Source of the DNA: Azolla caroliniana
Lineage: Eukaryota > Plantae > Polypodiophyta
Direction of reading: 5' to 3'
Assembly (NCBI GenBank): GCA_043228905.1
Contig: JBHGNT010000016.1
Span: 3,906,001 to 3,970,000 of the forward strand
Length of the DNA stretch: 64,000 bases
Shown here: in pieces, positions 24,383 through 38,091 of the stretch
Layout: every line of letters begins with the position of its first letter
How positions within the stretch are numbered: the first letter of the stretch is position 1
Notes under the pieces: generated by a model
Seen by the model: only the letters and a program-made list of their open reading frames with translations
Databases searched by the model: none
What the model was told of the DNA's origin: nothing
Made by a program: the position numbers and the translations under genes

Positions 24383-27221
24383 TCATTGGGTTTGTGTTTC
24401 TTCTTGGTGAATGTGTATGAGAGAGAGAGAGAGATTGTGTGTGTGTGTGTGTGTGTGTCTTTCGGGTCGGCCTTCCCGTACCCGATTCTTTTGTTCACGC
24501 TTCTTTCCATGCTCGACGGGCGCCCTTCTGGGCACCTGGCCATCCCGAACTCCTCCCCCCCCCCCCCCCCCCCCCCAAACAAAATTCACACCGACATGAC
24601 AAATAATGTTCTAGATAATAATGTTGTAGAGAGAGATCTCAAAAGGTGTCAACATTTTGATCGTAATATATATATATATATATATATATGGGTTTAGGGT
24701 TTCGGATGTTGTGTTGTGATCGAGTATGAACGAAAACTAGTCCGGTTCCTTTTAGGGAGTCAAAATTTGTTTAGATGCATAGCATCATGGTCCTAGTTTT
24801 GTCTCTACAAAATATGGCATGAAAAGCAACAAGTTTTTGCATCTAGAATGCCATTAAAATCTAGGCCTTTGCCTTTAAATTGTGTGATTTGCATTGACCC
24901 ATGGCGATAATAAATAAGTATATGTCGATCCGTGCACTAACTCAAACCATACATTCACACACACACACACACATGTATATTTGTATGCACAATGTGTACA
25001 GCTTTGACACTACACCACTCGAGTGGCACTGAAAAACAAATATGTAAACTTGTTCGTGTTCTTTCAAATTTGAAAAGGAAAAAAAGTGTACCAGAAATTC
25101 AAATGTAATGTCCCATAAAGTCTGAATCCCTCGTCCCAGGGTATGGTCGACCATAACTTAATATAATAGAGTATGAGCATATCCTCGAATTGAGGTATAA
25201 TTTAGTCTAGAACTCAAAACTGAGCATGCATATGTATATTATATGTATTAATATTAACACTTTGATCCTTTTATTATAAAGTGGATAAGACATCCCATGC
25301 TAGCACAATCTTTTTCACGTATACATATATACATGCACTACCGTTATGTGTTGTATGCCTTGATACCAACATTTACATATGTGCATTAAAAAATTCATAA
25401 TGATACTTTCCATCCAGAAAAGTATCACAAATATTTTTGTCGTATATGGGTTAATATCGATCATATCCTTGGTATATTGATAATATAAAAAATTCCATAA
25501 ATCAAACCGTAGAAAGAATAAAGGAGATACATTCCTTAAACCTAGAGTTTAATAAACGTGAAAAGGTGGAATGCAATTAAGTTTGGAACTTGGTATGGAT
25601 AATGGGCAGCCAAGTAGAAGACTCTATAGAAGGAGGTCCATTTTCATGTAACTGGATTATGTTAACACATAACTTTATTAGAACAATCTATTGTATAAAC
25701 ATAATAATACTATTTGGGTAAATTGATATTCTAAGCGCCTCCCACAATGTTCTTCGACATCATGCCAAAAAAAAAATTGCAAGGTGGGACAGTAGGGGGG
25801 GAATGACCCACAATCATGCCTATGCTTTTACTTTGTGCATTTGAGGCACATAGCCAAAGGTGTGACTGGCAATTAAGAGATGGATAGGAAATTAACAATG
25901 AGCAAGGACGGCCAACCTTAGTCCTTCAACAATGATGTTGGATTTGTGGATACACCCTAATAACTCTTGAGTTATCAAAATCATCAACAATGTAATTTGC
26001 CCATCCATGACAATTGGTCTATTTAGGGTTGTCATCAATACAAATGGTTAATTTCTACGTACTAGAGGTTTCTCCCCCTTCCTAAATAAGCATCCATATT
26101 TGTTGCCTTTGTGATACATTATCCCAGTTGCTAGTTAAAGCATGACATCAATTTAGAGTGGTTCCTAATCAAGGAGTGCATTCCATGCTCCATAGCCTCA
26201 AGAATTGTTGGCTCCATTGTCTTCGTTGTTGGCTTTGATTTCTTTTAGACCTTTCTCAATTCCCGCTACTTTCGCCTTTCTTGAAAGCTCTACTTTCTTC
26301 ATTCTCTTCAAGCATATGCTCCGAGTTCATCCCATTGTTAGTTTATACCCCACTTGTTGGGCATATTTTTGTATTTAATTGTCAAAGCCTTGTTAAGATA
26401 GTGTTGTAACACCACAATTGGTTGAATTTCTAATTTGATTATGTTCACCAAAGTTGTTTTTCTTTACTGGCTTGGAGGTTGTGGTGTTTTATTTGAATGT
26501 GCTCCTCTTTCCAGCATGTATAGCAAATGGGCAACCTTAGTTGACATGCTTGTTATATCATTTTGTAGTCTTTGGAAACCCTTTACATGATATCTTCCAC
26601 TAGGATTTGTTTCCATCCAATGAACTTTGTGCTTGTTGCATGCTAACTACAATTCTCATATATTGTGGTTTTTTATTTGACAAATGAAGCACTATTGTCC
26701 ATCAAGGAACAATCTTTAAATATATGCCGGATGTTCAAGCAGATTGTGCATGCACATAGCAATGGGCGCGGTTCGGTTTCGGTTCGGTTCGGTTTCTTGA
26801 CCTTGAAACCAAACCAAACCAAACCAAACCGGTTATTCATAAAAAAAACCAAACCAAACCATTTAAAAAATTTGAAGCCATTTAAACCAAACTATTTAAG
26901 CCAAACCATTTAAACCAAACCGTTTAATAGGTATGAGAAACCAAACCATTTAAAACCAAACCGTTTATGTAAAATGTAGAACCAAACCGAACCGGTTTAC
27001 CAAAAATCAAAACCAAACCAGTGTATCAAACATCAAAACCAAACCAAACCAAATTGGTTTTGACATAATCCAACCAACACGAAACAATAAATTGTACCAA
27101 ATCAAAGACTATAACACTATAAAATAACAGAAATTCACAACACATTTTCTGAAAATTGTTAATTTGTGAAACATGATAAGATATTACATAAAAAGATAAA
27201 TGTTTTTTGGAATGATAACAA

Positions 27222-27392
27222 AAATCCATACAATAGAGTTCCAAAATTCCATACAATAGAGTTCCAAAATTCCATACAATAGAGTTCCGAAATTCCATAC
27301 AATAGAGTTCCAAATTTCCATTCAGTAGAGTTCCAATTTTCCAATTAAGAACAACAATCCATATAATAGAGTTCCAATTTTCCAAATCCATG
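27222..27392. repeat. 22-bp minisatellite inside the hAT
   Basis: AAATTCCATACAATAGAGTTCC occurs in 4 near-perfect copies plus degenerate ones. Confidence 0.85.
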
Positions 27393-27598
27393 GACCATAG
27401 GACTTAATCCAGCTTTTTGTTTCCAATATTTGAATAAGGGATTTCTGAAAGCATAAAATATACAAAAGAATTAAGTAATTCATAATAACAAATTTAAAGA
27501 ATCGACTAAAAACAAAATAGTAAACAACATGTAATAAAAATTACAATGACTTTGAAGATCTCCAATTGCAACCACTATTGTCGTTAACATGTCAAAAA

Positions 27599-29811
27599 TC
27601 AACATGATTCCTGTACATATAAAATACATAAAAACAAGTAAGTAATTATTAATAAAACTTTAAGTAAAGACTCAAACAAAAAACAACCAAGTAACAAGTA
27701 TGCATACCTTAATCTTCCTTTGACTATCATGCGATATGTAATCTATTACCTCGTCTTCAGCAACAAGATCATCCAAATTCATTGTTAGTTCCGCATAACT
27801 GATGTGAAAATTATCTAACATTTGAACATTACATTCTTTTAAAACATTCATCCATGATCGAACGCACATTTCAGCTTTGAAAGTGCATGAATGTAGTTTT
27901 ATCCTATTATCAAAGGTCATTTTTGCTGCCGAATTAGCCTCTTCAGCAGGTACTGATGATGCTGGTATACTGAGGTAATCACATGCCATCCTATATAGTG
28001 AAGGCATTGCCGATTTATTTTCATTCCACCATTGTAAAGGATCCTTATCCGTGCTAGCCGAAGGAAGTCTCATAAAGTGCTGAATTTCTGACTGTGAATC
28101 GGAAATAAGACTTTTATTATTTACACCCATTAACGTCCAAATTTTAGAGTTCTTATCATTTTCATGTATTGTGGTTGAAGCCGAACGTGGTTCAACATCA
28201 CTCGAGAACGAGTGATAGTGGGACTCAATCATGCTTTCAACCAACTTAATATCTAACTCTCTTTCTGTATGATTATTTGGAAGAGGCAATCTATCAAACA
28301 AATAAAACGGTTTTAAACTCAAATAAAAAATCAGAAATCATGATGATAATTGTACGATATAAAGGTAAGCATTACCTGGGATCAAGAAACATTGCTATGC
28401 GAGATGGAATAGACTTTAACGATTCTTGATACTTAATTAAATATTGCAAGCAGTTCTCAGATGCTCTTTGAAGCACCTCTTGTGTAAATCTAGATGATCC
28501 TGGAAGCGAAGAATCTAAAAATTGATTGCAATGATTTAGTAAACAATTATATGCTAGCGATGCTAGTGATAATGTAGGATATTTTGAGCCTCCCAAAAAA
28601 GTAGAAACCTCGGCCGGTGTATCTAGCCATTCCGCCATGGCATGTATGTGACTCCAATCTTCTCTGGTCAAGACATTACCATTGAAATCACTTGATATTG
28701 TTAAATCTGAAATTGTAAAGTTCAATACATCTTTATCTTTGATAGATTGCCTAAACATTTCCAAGGTAGAATTCCATCTTGTAACAACATCGAGCCTTGG
28801 GGGTTCCCTTTCATGATGCTCAACCATCCTAGCATACTTCCTAAACACTTCCCTTCGAACCTTGCTAGATCTAATAGTATGGAGCACTGTTCTCAACTTT
28901 TCTGTTGAGGGTGAGATAACCTCTAATGCTGCCTTGATACCCAACTGAAAAGTGTGAACCATACATCTTAACATATGTGATGGAGCCAAAATTTCCTTAC
29001 CATGCTCATCTTGTAACAACATGCTCAACTCTTTTGCAGCTACTTGTGCATCACTCGCTCCATCAAAAATTGTAGCTAAGAGTCGACTAGAAATATCAAA
29101 GGATCGAAGTCGAGCAAAAAGGGCATGTGCACAACGCTTCCCTGATCCAACACCTGGAAATACATGCACAAAATCCAATAACATTGACCTTGACCTTGCT
29201 GTCTCATGACATACCCAATGAAGTGTCACTGAGTAGAAGCCCTTCAAACTACTATTTGACCAACCATCAAATGTTATGGAAAATCTTGATTGGCATTTTG
29301 ATAGCAAATCTATCACCTGACGACGCAACACCACATACATTTCTAGGATAGAACGCTTAATTGTACGTCTTGACTTTACTTGATATCCAGGTACAATTTG
29401 TTGCATGAATTCCTTAAATTCAGGTGATTCCACATGTGCATGGGGCAATGTTCCCTTCACAATATACTTCACGATGGCAGCATCAATTTTCTTCTCTAAA
29501 ACATGAGATACTCTAGCTGACTCAATTGAAGATTGAATGTGATGTGATATACCTGAATTTTGGTCTGGGTCGCTTGATAAACGATGCTTTTCTGCTAAAT
29601 GTTTGGCTATAGTGCCTGTGGATGTTGTAGAAGACCAACAAACATGGCAATGATGGCATCGTCGTCGAGGTGTGCCATTATCCATATAAAATATGATGTG
29701 AGCATCTGTCCATGATGTGCGTAGCCTTTTTCTTGAGCTACTTGTTGACCCACGACTAACATCAAATGAAGATGAGTTCATTGCAGCATCAGTTTGAGAT
29801 GATGATTCCAT
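27599..29811 (-). CDS. hAT transposase (BED finger, DDE, C-terminal dimerization domain); predicted exons 29811-28376, 28290-27708, 27610-27599
   Basis: CHHC...HLAEKH BED finger, TFDGW, IFDGAS, RCMVH (CxxH), RWNST, FLDPR, PLQWW and YLSIPASSVPAEE. GT-AG introns join the exons in frame with no internal stops. Confidence 0.9.
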
Positions 29812-29959
29812 TTTATGGTGTCCTATAAAATTCAATTAACTCAATTAGCACATTTCAAATATGTACATTATAATGAGAAAAATAAATGAAGTAGAAAGTT
29901 TGCTAAGTTAGCTAAGAACAGTAAAACGACCATTATGTCCAATGGCAAACATAGAAAGA

Positions 29960-30550
29960 TAGACATGCCCATTACTCTAATCACTCAATAAAACATTCGT
30001 GTTAACTTCACTAACCAGATAAACAATGGACACCACCGTTTACTCTACTCACAAGATAAACGATGCAAATCCAAGTTGTCAAGTTAACCCATGACCGCGC
30101 ACCCATGTTTACCTTAATCACCAGATAAATTGGACATCCATGTTTACTTTACTCCAATCATTAAATAAACAATGGATACCCATGTTTACTCTCATTAACA
30201 GGATAATCCATGGACATCCATATTTTCTGACAGGATAAACAACTGACACTCATGCCCCCAATGCTCATAAGGTAAATAATAGATGTTATTGTTTACTCTG
30301 CTCACAAAATAAACAATGGACGTCCATGTTTAAAATGCTCCATTCACCACATAAATACTCGATATCCATGTTTTTCTACTCACAAAATATAGAATGTGCA
30401 TTTATGTTAACATCAATAACCAGATAAACAGTGGATAACCATATTTACTCTACTCTGAAGATAAATAATGATCATCTATGTTTACTCCACCCAGAAAATA
30501 AACAATAAACATGCAATCTTAATGGCTCAGAAAATGAGCAATGAACATCA
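29960..30550. repeat. Degenerate ~35-bp tandem array with palindromic core inside the hAT
   Basis: Consensus approximately CCAGATAAACAATGGACATCCATGTTTACTCTACTCA, about 15 copies by eye. Confidence 0.7.
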
Positions 30551-33500
30551 ATGTTTGATATGAATGGTGAAGACTTTCAGTACTTTATAATATAATGATA
30601 CAGTCTTTCTAAGTTAGTTATGTTCTTGCAGGTGTATTTGCAGGTGTTCTAATTTCAGCATATACAATTGATACTCCTTCAGTCAGATAGCGTGGACTGA
30701 GAACTCCAAGAAATATTATTCCTTTCAATGAAAATCTAACGAGCATTGGTGTACATTAAGATCATGTCAAAACAGATCACAGAAATATCGAAAGAGAACA
30801 TAGTTGAAGCTATTCGAGATAAGCAACAAGTATTCGAAAGAGAACATAGTTGCAGGAGTCCAGTATAGATTTAAACATTATACCAGTTCAAGATACTCGC
30901 TCACAAACACATACATATACATATATTACTGATTATTCAATCGAGCATAAACTCACATACTCGTATTGATCTCATATTTGCTTACATACAAATCTCTCTT
31001 CTCTCACATGTATGCACACACGTTAACTCACATACCCATATTCTCATATATGCAAACCACACATCTATAAAAAAAGTTTGGAGTGTCTCAGCCTGTGTTA
31101 TGGATCATGATTCATACCTGTGTTATGGAGAGTTTGGAGTCTGAAGAGCAATGAAGTGGTGATTGGTGGTTGCCGCCTCAGCCTGCACAATGCCGCCTGT
31201 GTTTCTGTTCGATAATTGTGTCTGTCTGTAGTTAACAGTAGATACACAGTGTGTCTGTTCGATAGTTGTGTCTGTAGACTGTCTGTATCATACCCTATAG
31301 TTTGTAGTATGTAGTATGTACTTACTACTACTAACTAGTATTAGGTCCGTAGTAAAAATAAGAAGGGTATAATTTATAAAATAGAAAATTTAGGAAGGGT
31401 ATAATTTATAAAATTGAAAATTTAGGGCTAGGGTAAGAACCTATAAACCTATAAACCGAACCAAATTAATAGAAACCGTTAAACCGATAAAACCGATAAA
31501 CCGATAAACCGATAAACCGATAAATGTTAAACCGAACCGAACCGAAACCAAACCGAACTTTCATTCTTTAAACCAAACCAAACTCATTATTTAATTTTGA
31601 ACCGATAAACCGTTAAGCCACGGTTTAACGGTTCGGTTCGGTTTGAGCCGAAACCGTGCCCATTGCTACATGCACATGTTGTCAAGATCAAATTTCGTCA
31701 TTCGTAGAAATGTTGTGAAAATTTATCTAGCAAAATTTGTATTAATAAATATAAAGAAACAATAATGCAAGATATTACACATTAAGTTATAATGTTGTGA
31801 ATATTGTGCAATGCATGCAAATGGAACCATTTATGGAAAGTGTCACGAATCCAAAGATATAACAACTCGATGATTTGTGGACAAGGCACATTATTCCCAT
31901 GCATCTAGTTATGACTCATGAGTGATTCATTCTCATCCAAAGACAAGGGGCAAACCTTCACATCAAAACATCGAACACTAGTTAACCATCCCCTCCAAAG
32001 AAAAACTTAGTTCTACGATGCCTCATTTGCATAGTCCATGACAAATAAATTTTTAATTGCATCCTTGTTATGATCCCAATCCTCTCCGCAAGCATACACG
32101 GTTCAATGCTCTTGATCATAGTCGATACATACAACAATGTTTGATGCACCCTTTACTTCCATGTCCATCATGACAATTCCCGCCTTGGTACACATCCAAG
32201 GACATACATTACACCCTCATTTCCTTGTTAGACACATGGAACTTGCCGATGTAATCACTGGTTATTTTATTCTGGTATACAGACATCCCTCCATACAGCA
32301 AAACAACCAAACCATTGTAATACTTGTTACTAATCAAGGATCCTATGAACTCATTATGGTAACAAAAATCCCATCCCAAGTATGTTATAGCGTGAAATTA
32401 TCACAACCAAGCAGGAAACATGTTCTTGTTATATCTACTTCATTTTCCTTCTTAGGAAGGAATGTTAATACAGAATAACCAAAACCATACTTACCTATGA
32501 CATTGCATGTAACGGCCAAGAATAAATATATACTCTTGTTATTGATTGTCTATTTCATTTTTCCTCGTAAAGAAAGAATGATTACAATGGAATATCCAAA
32601 ATCATACATTTTGTCCAGCTTGTATTATCATTAAATTACTGTGTTTCAGTGATCACTGATGATCAAAAAATGAATGTTAGTACAGCTTCACCTCTTATGC
32701 AAGTATCTTTATTCAAGCGATATTCTTATTTTCAACTAAAATAGCTAAAACACCTAATGGAAGAGGCCTGAGATGTACACTGAAATGCCCACTGTTAGCA
32801 CTACTAATGACATGCAAACAGCACAAATGAAGCTATAGCATACTTCTTGGTACAAGAATAACTTCGCCATTATTACACAAAGGATGTTTGCTAAGACAAT
32901 ACATCATGTCCAACATAATATTACCAAATCTGATGTACAAGAGGGCCTACAAGCATATTTTACTCGAAACACTTTCTCAAGATCCAGAAAGCGCAGCAAA
33001 CATGGCAAATGTACACGTCCATGGTGAGGGCAAGAAAGTATGTGACACTCAATTAACAAAGTATATGTAGCATTACCATCATAATATATACCAAAACTGC
33101 CTACAGGACTGTGTATGCAGGATGGTTGGAGTTTCACCTTCTTTTGCTCACGGTGATTAACAAAGGAAAGCATCCAGGAAAGCTGAACAAGCCATGCCCT
33201 ACTGAACATGTTGCGTTTCAAATGAATTATTACATGGCCAAAAATACCATAAACTTATTAGCTTTAGGCATAAATCATTGCTTTCATTACTGCATCGAAA
33301 GAACGGAAACAAATATACAGCTGCACATGCAAATTACAGCAACATAACCATGAATCAAAGATGGACTGGTTCTCACCCTCTACAAATACGAGAAGATAAT
33401 GTCTTTTAAAGGGAACTAAATAATTGTCTTTATAACTAGGCCTCAAAGTGAAGAAGTGAACACACATATAGCTTGTTAGAATATATCTGCCCAATCATCA

Positions 33501-33642
33501 AAAATCTTCAAATTTCTTAATTATCTTCAGCTCAAGTGAAGATTCTCTCATATCTTTCCATGGGGTGTGGTGAAATCCACATCAACATGCAACCCTAAAA
33601 TAGATTTGACTCACCAGGCATTGTCTGCTTACAAATGCCTAC

Positions 33643-33714
33643 TCAAAACATGCTGCCCCTTCCAGTTGGTTTATCTCCAGCCATGTTTACTCGAAGATTC
33701 CGGCCCTCGAGATC
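33643..33714 (-). CDS. CP29: cpRNP exon 4
   Basis: AATAG|GATCTC acceptor, then DLEGRNLRVNMAGDKPTGRGSMF*, which completes RRM2. Confidence 0.88.
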   Translation of the reverse strand, partial: DLEGRNLRVNMAGDKPTGRGSMF

Positions 33715-33947
33715 CTATTGACAGAAAGGGCATAAGACATCCTATCAGTAGAGATTAAAAACAAGAAAAATAAAACTTAAGGCCAAGAGTAATAACAATG
33801 CTTACATAGATCAATGTCTTAAAAGAATGGACATTTTCACATCCCATAAAATGAAAATATAAAACAAAAACAAGTCCGAAAAACGAAAAACAAGATAAAG
33901 AGAAAATGAATGTGCTGTGATATTTTTAGAAAGTGAGAATCCATTAC

Positions 33948-34241
33948 CGCTCCATCTAGTTTGTTGAGGGCCTCAGTGGTTTCTTCTTCAGAAGCCATGG
34001 TAACAAAACCAAAGCCTCTGGACCTTCCAGTCTCTCTGTCATTTACCACTCTTGCCTCCAAAACTGTACCATGCTGGCTGAATACTTCCCTAAGCATATC
34101 ACTATCCACACCCCATGATAAGTTCCCCACAAACAATTTGTTCTCATTGCTATTATCAAATCGACGGGGCGGTGGAGGAGATGAAAAATCACCCCTTCCT
34201 CTATTAGGGAAATTAACCCTCAAAATCCTTCCACAATAATC
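33948..34241 (-). CDS. CP29: cpRNP exon 3
   Basis: 294 nt encoding DYCGRILRVNFP...LFVGNLSWGVD...RGFGFVTM...LDGA. Confidence 0.93.
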
Positions 34242-34336
34242 CTGAGATCAAATCCCAACAAACTGCTTAAGCATGCTTGCACAAACAATTACCAAAAGAA
34301 TGGAAACATGTCAAAAGTAAGAATGAGGTTACTCAC

Positions 34337-34438
34337 AGATCCATCAAACTTCTGAATGGCAGCATTTGCATCTTCAACTGTGCTCATGGTTACAAATCCA
34401 AAACCACGACTTCTGCCTGACTCTCTATCATAAATAAC
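34337..34438 (-). CDS. CP29: cpRNP exon 2
   Basis: 102 nt encoding [34 protein letters not shown] (RNP1). Confidence 0.93.
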
Positions 34439-34938
34439 CTGTAAAAAAGTACACAAATTGCCAGATTCAATGAAATCCATGAGACCCATAAATTTATTTT
34501 CTTAGAACAATGATTATGCAACATTTCTGAACGAAAACATTAGTTATCCAAAAAGAAACATATAAAAAAATCTCATGATATTGGCACCAACAAACGTTAA
34601 CATAAGAGGACAGTACTGTTCAAAGGCAAAATGAAATGAAATGAGGGACATCCGAGAAGAGAAAAACTAAGTGAACCCTCTTCTGAGAAACAATACACGT
34701 CAACATAATTCTTCGAAGAATCCATTAAAGATAGAATAAGAATCAGCTATTGGAATGACAAGAAAGGAATGAGAAAAATGCAGGATAAGGCTGGGAGTGA
34801 CTCTGTAAAGAAGACAAACATCAGAGAGATGATGGGAGAATTCTCTGAGAAAGCCCAAAGAATGGATGAAAAAGGAACAAAAAAATGATGGATAAGGGAC
34901 AGCATCGATCTAAGACCTGCATGAAGACTTGCATGGAA

Positions 34939-35015
<77 letters not shown>

Positions 35016-35094
35016 AGCACCGTGAAAATTGAGCCTGAGACGGAAGCATAACAATGCACAATAAATGCAGAGAAGGGATCATCAAGCACTATAC

Positions 35095-35541
35095 CTCAAC
35101 CATCTCCACGCCACCGACTTTCTGGAATACTTCTGCGAGCTCTTCACTGGTGCAGGTCCACGGTAGGTTTCCAACATAGAGCTTTGTGTCTTCTGTGGAT
35201 CCATAATCCAAGGGAGGAAGGCCAGAATCAGCAGCCTGGTCATTATATCCTCCTCCTCCCTCTTCGTCGTCCTCATCGCTGGCCACCGCGCCATAGCTGC
35301 TCGCTTGAACCTCAGAGAGTTCAGCGCGAGTTTTCATCAACGAGAGACCGGACGACTGCTTCGATAGTCTTGAAGCTGAGAGGGAGAGCGAGCCATTGTA
35401 TTGATAAAGGGACTGGAAGGCAGTCAGGGTGGGGGTGTGCAGAAGGCTGGTACTGCTGCTACGCCATAGCCGGACCTCAGAACGGGAAGAGACGGAGGCG
35501 AGGGAGGTGTTGATGGATGAGAAGCAAGCAGAAGAAGCCAT
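35095..35541 (-). CDS. CP29: Chloroplast RNA-binding protein (cp29/cp31 family, 2 RRMs), exon 1
   Basis: Ser-rich transit-peptide-like start MASSACFSS, an acidic stretch, RNP2 LYVGNL, and donor GAG|GTATAG. Confidence 0.92.
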
Positions 35542-35730
35542 GACAGAGCGAGAGAGGCGGAGGTGGAGACACAGGGATGGGGTCTGGGTAAACCCTAATT
35601 CACAGACGCAGACACAGAGCCGAGAAACAGAGAAACAGAGACAGAGAAAGGGTGATTGGATTTCAGACCACCCTCTAGAAGATAGCCCAACCTGCATCCT
35701 CCACCGTCCGATCTCCCCTCCCGAGATCTT

Positions 35731-35740
35731 GCCACGTGTC
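35731..35740. promoter_or_regulatory. G-box/ABRE (GCCACGTGTC) in the cpRNP proximal promoter
   Basis: Perfect CACGTG core about 190 bp upstream of the ATG of a plastid-targeted gene. Function is inferred. Confidence 0.45.
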
Positions 35741-35761
35741 CCTCCTTCTCCTTTATATATA

Positions 35762-36227
35762 TGTATAATGTAATTATGTATGTATATATCTGTGCCCATT
35801 GCATTTTCTGGTCGGAAGAGCCACGTTTTGTTGGCCAATAGTTGGGCAAGTGAGGTGATTGTTGGGACAATGATCGGATTGTGCATGAATGTAATGTATA
35901 TACGCTAACGAGTTTTGTTGCCAAAGCCATCTCTCTGGTTGAATTGCCACCATTGTCTCTGGCAGGAGAGCATAGGGAGCATTCTGATGATGTGTGTATA
36001 ATGTAATTATGTATGTATATATATGTGCCCATTGCATTTTCTGGTCGGAAGAGCCACGTTTTGTTGGCCAATAGTTGGGCAAGTGAGGTGATTGTTGGGA
36101 CAATGATCGGATCGTGCATGAATGTAATGTATATACGCTAACGAGTTTTGTTGCCAGAGCCATCTCTCTGGTTGAATTGCCACCATTGTCTCTGGCAGGA
36201 GAGCATAGGGAGCATTCTGATGATGTG
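35762..36227. repeat. Near-identical 233-bp tandem duplication upstream of the cpRNP gene
   Basis: Units 35762-35994 and 35995-36227 differ at only about 3 positions by eye. Confidence 0.92.
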
Positions 36228-37024
36228 GATTCCAATCAGATCGGCACATATATATATATATACACTAACGAGTGGAGAGGCTCTACATTACGTGACTACT
36301 TATGGGCATTTGGTCGTTAGGTGCCCAATGATTTGTACCAAAACCTTCATTGCATGTAGACTTGATGGCAATTTTTGGGTATCATCAAATATATGGGATC
36401 CAGCTTTATAAACAATTATCTGAAGTAGTGGTGTAGCATTCTACAAGTAGAAGATGCGTATAGGATCAACCAAAGAGGTAGAAGTAAGAAGTGAAGTGCG
36501 CGTTGATATGTTGAGTTGGGGATCTACACCTTTTAGCTCAAATAGGATACCATGGAATGCAATGGATGTAATTGATGGATGTTGATGCTTAAACCCTAAA
36601 ACCAAATGCAAATCACAAAAAACAACCAAACATATGGGTGGGTGTGGAGTAGGGAATGATCATAGAGAATCTCAATGTCATTGTATGAAGGGGCTACATT
36701 GGATCAAAACATCAAGGGATGAAAATCCGAGCTATGAAGAGGAACCTCTAATTCAACAAACCTTATGAAGGTAAACCAAACAATCACATTTGCCAATTAT
36801 GAGAACCACCTAATGTTGACAATGTAGCAAAGACATCTTGCTACAATGCTATGAAGGTAGGTAAAGATAGAATGAAAAGGAGATATTACTATTTTTATCT
36901 AACAAAAGACGCTTGGATATAGTATGTAATAAGCAAGACAACTCATTGTTGGGTTCACAAAATTTGGGGATTGGATGTCAAGGCTTCAACGACAAACGAA
37001 CAATGTGTAGTAGTGAAATGAGGG

Positions 37025-37162
37025 CGATGGGAAACCGCAAAGGCATAAGGGTATTCCGGTAAAGTGCAATGGTAGAAGGGTATTTCGGGAAACTGCAATG
37101 GAAGGGTCTTTTAGGCAAATGCAATGGTAGAAAGGTATTTTGGGCAAATGCAATGGGTCCCT
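37025..37162. repeat. ~27-30-bp tandem subterminal-type repeats, probable Mutator-like transposon end
   Basis: AAGGGTATTT..GGCAAATGCAATGG occurs 4 times and ends in GGGTCCC. Confidence 0.45.
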
Positions 37163-38091
37163 TGTTTCCTCTTTCCTTGTGGATGGGACTTTAGCTAACT
37201 TGATGACCTAATGCCTAATTTGCCGATATTTTTATTGATTCAACTCTTCTACACAAAATGCACACTTGACAAGTTCCCTTATCCTTGAAAATGCAAATGC
37301 CGCCTGACTAGTGGGACATTGAGTTTCCTAGTGTAGTGATTCTTATACCATGTAGCATCAAAAGCTCTATCAAATATGTATAAGAAGACCCTCTTTGAGT
37401 CATAATTGTGTCTTCTAGAGTTCCACTTCAATAACCTTATAGTAGAGCTATATTCTCAGTGTACGACAATAGAGCCCTAGAGCTACTAAAGACCACATAA
37501 GCATACGCATACACATATAAACCCATACATATTGTTACATGTACTCACTTACACATTAATATACATCTTCACACATTTACAAAATTACACATACACTAAT
37601 GACATTTTCACTTATAATACACACAAAATCAAATAAACATACTTATATAGATATTCATGCACATTCATATACATATAAATATGTATATACTTACATACAC
37701 ACATACAAATACATTTTTACATTAGTATACACTTATTCATATGGTTATACATGCACGTACATACCCTCATGAGTCATACTCACATCAAGGTTTCCCCATA
37801 AACTTCATATGCAAATATTTAGTCATCCTATTCTTGCGTGGTGCAAGCACACACACTTGCAAACTAGCTTAGTGAACATAGCTTAGGCACCCTCACAACA
37901 ATAAACTCTTGCAAGTAACTTCACATCAACACCCACAATTCTTTACAATGTTTTTTCCCCCATCTCTTGTTGTTGCTTTTTTTTCATGCATATCTCTATT
38001 ACTCTTAGTCTCTTTGTATGCATGTCTTCTCTTCTATAATGATTTATCCTCAAATTACATATATGGCCTTCATGCAATTATAATCATGACT

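Larger units (their letters stand above)
26757..31668 (-). mobile_element. hAT-superfamily DNA transposon, apparently full length
   Basis: TIRs TAGCAATGGGC(G/A)CGGTT (1 mismatch in 17), perfect 8-bp TSD CATGCACA (26749-26756 and 31669-31676), dense subterminal AAACC/AACCG motifs and an internal transposase. Confidence 0.96.

Noticed and set aside
24345-24576. Two poly-C tracts upstream of AHL as G-quadruplex regulators
   Set aside because: Simple homopolymers with no further support.
25560-26650. Possible decayed transposase (MULE-like) flanking the hAT
   Set aside because: Coding-like composition, but no motif could be confirmed by eye.
27222-27392. Regularly spaced repeats resembling a CRISPR array (also 29960-30550 and 46580-46720)
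   Set aside because: Head-to-tail minisatellites without unique spacers, inside eukaryotic TEs, and no cas genes.
35595-36249. Several 80-265 aa ORFs upstream of the cpRNP gene
   Set aside because: Products of the 233-bp duplication, with no recognisable domain.
35791-37162. CCCATTGCATTT shared by the promoter duplication and the repeat end at 37160 as paired TIRs
   Set aside because: Only a 12-bp match and no TSD.
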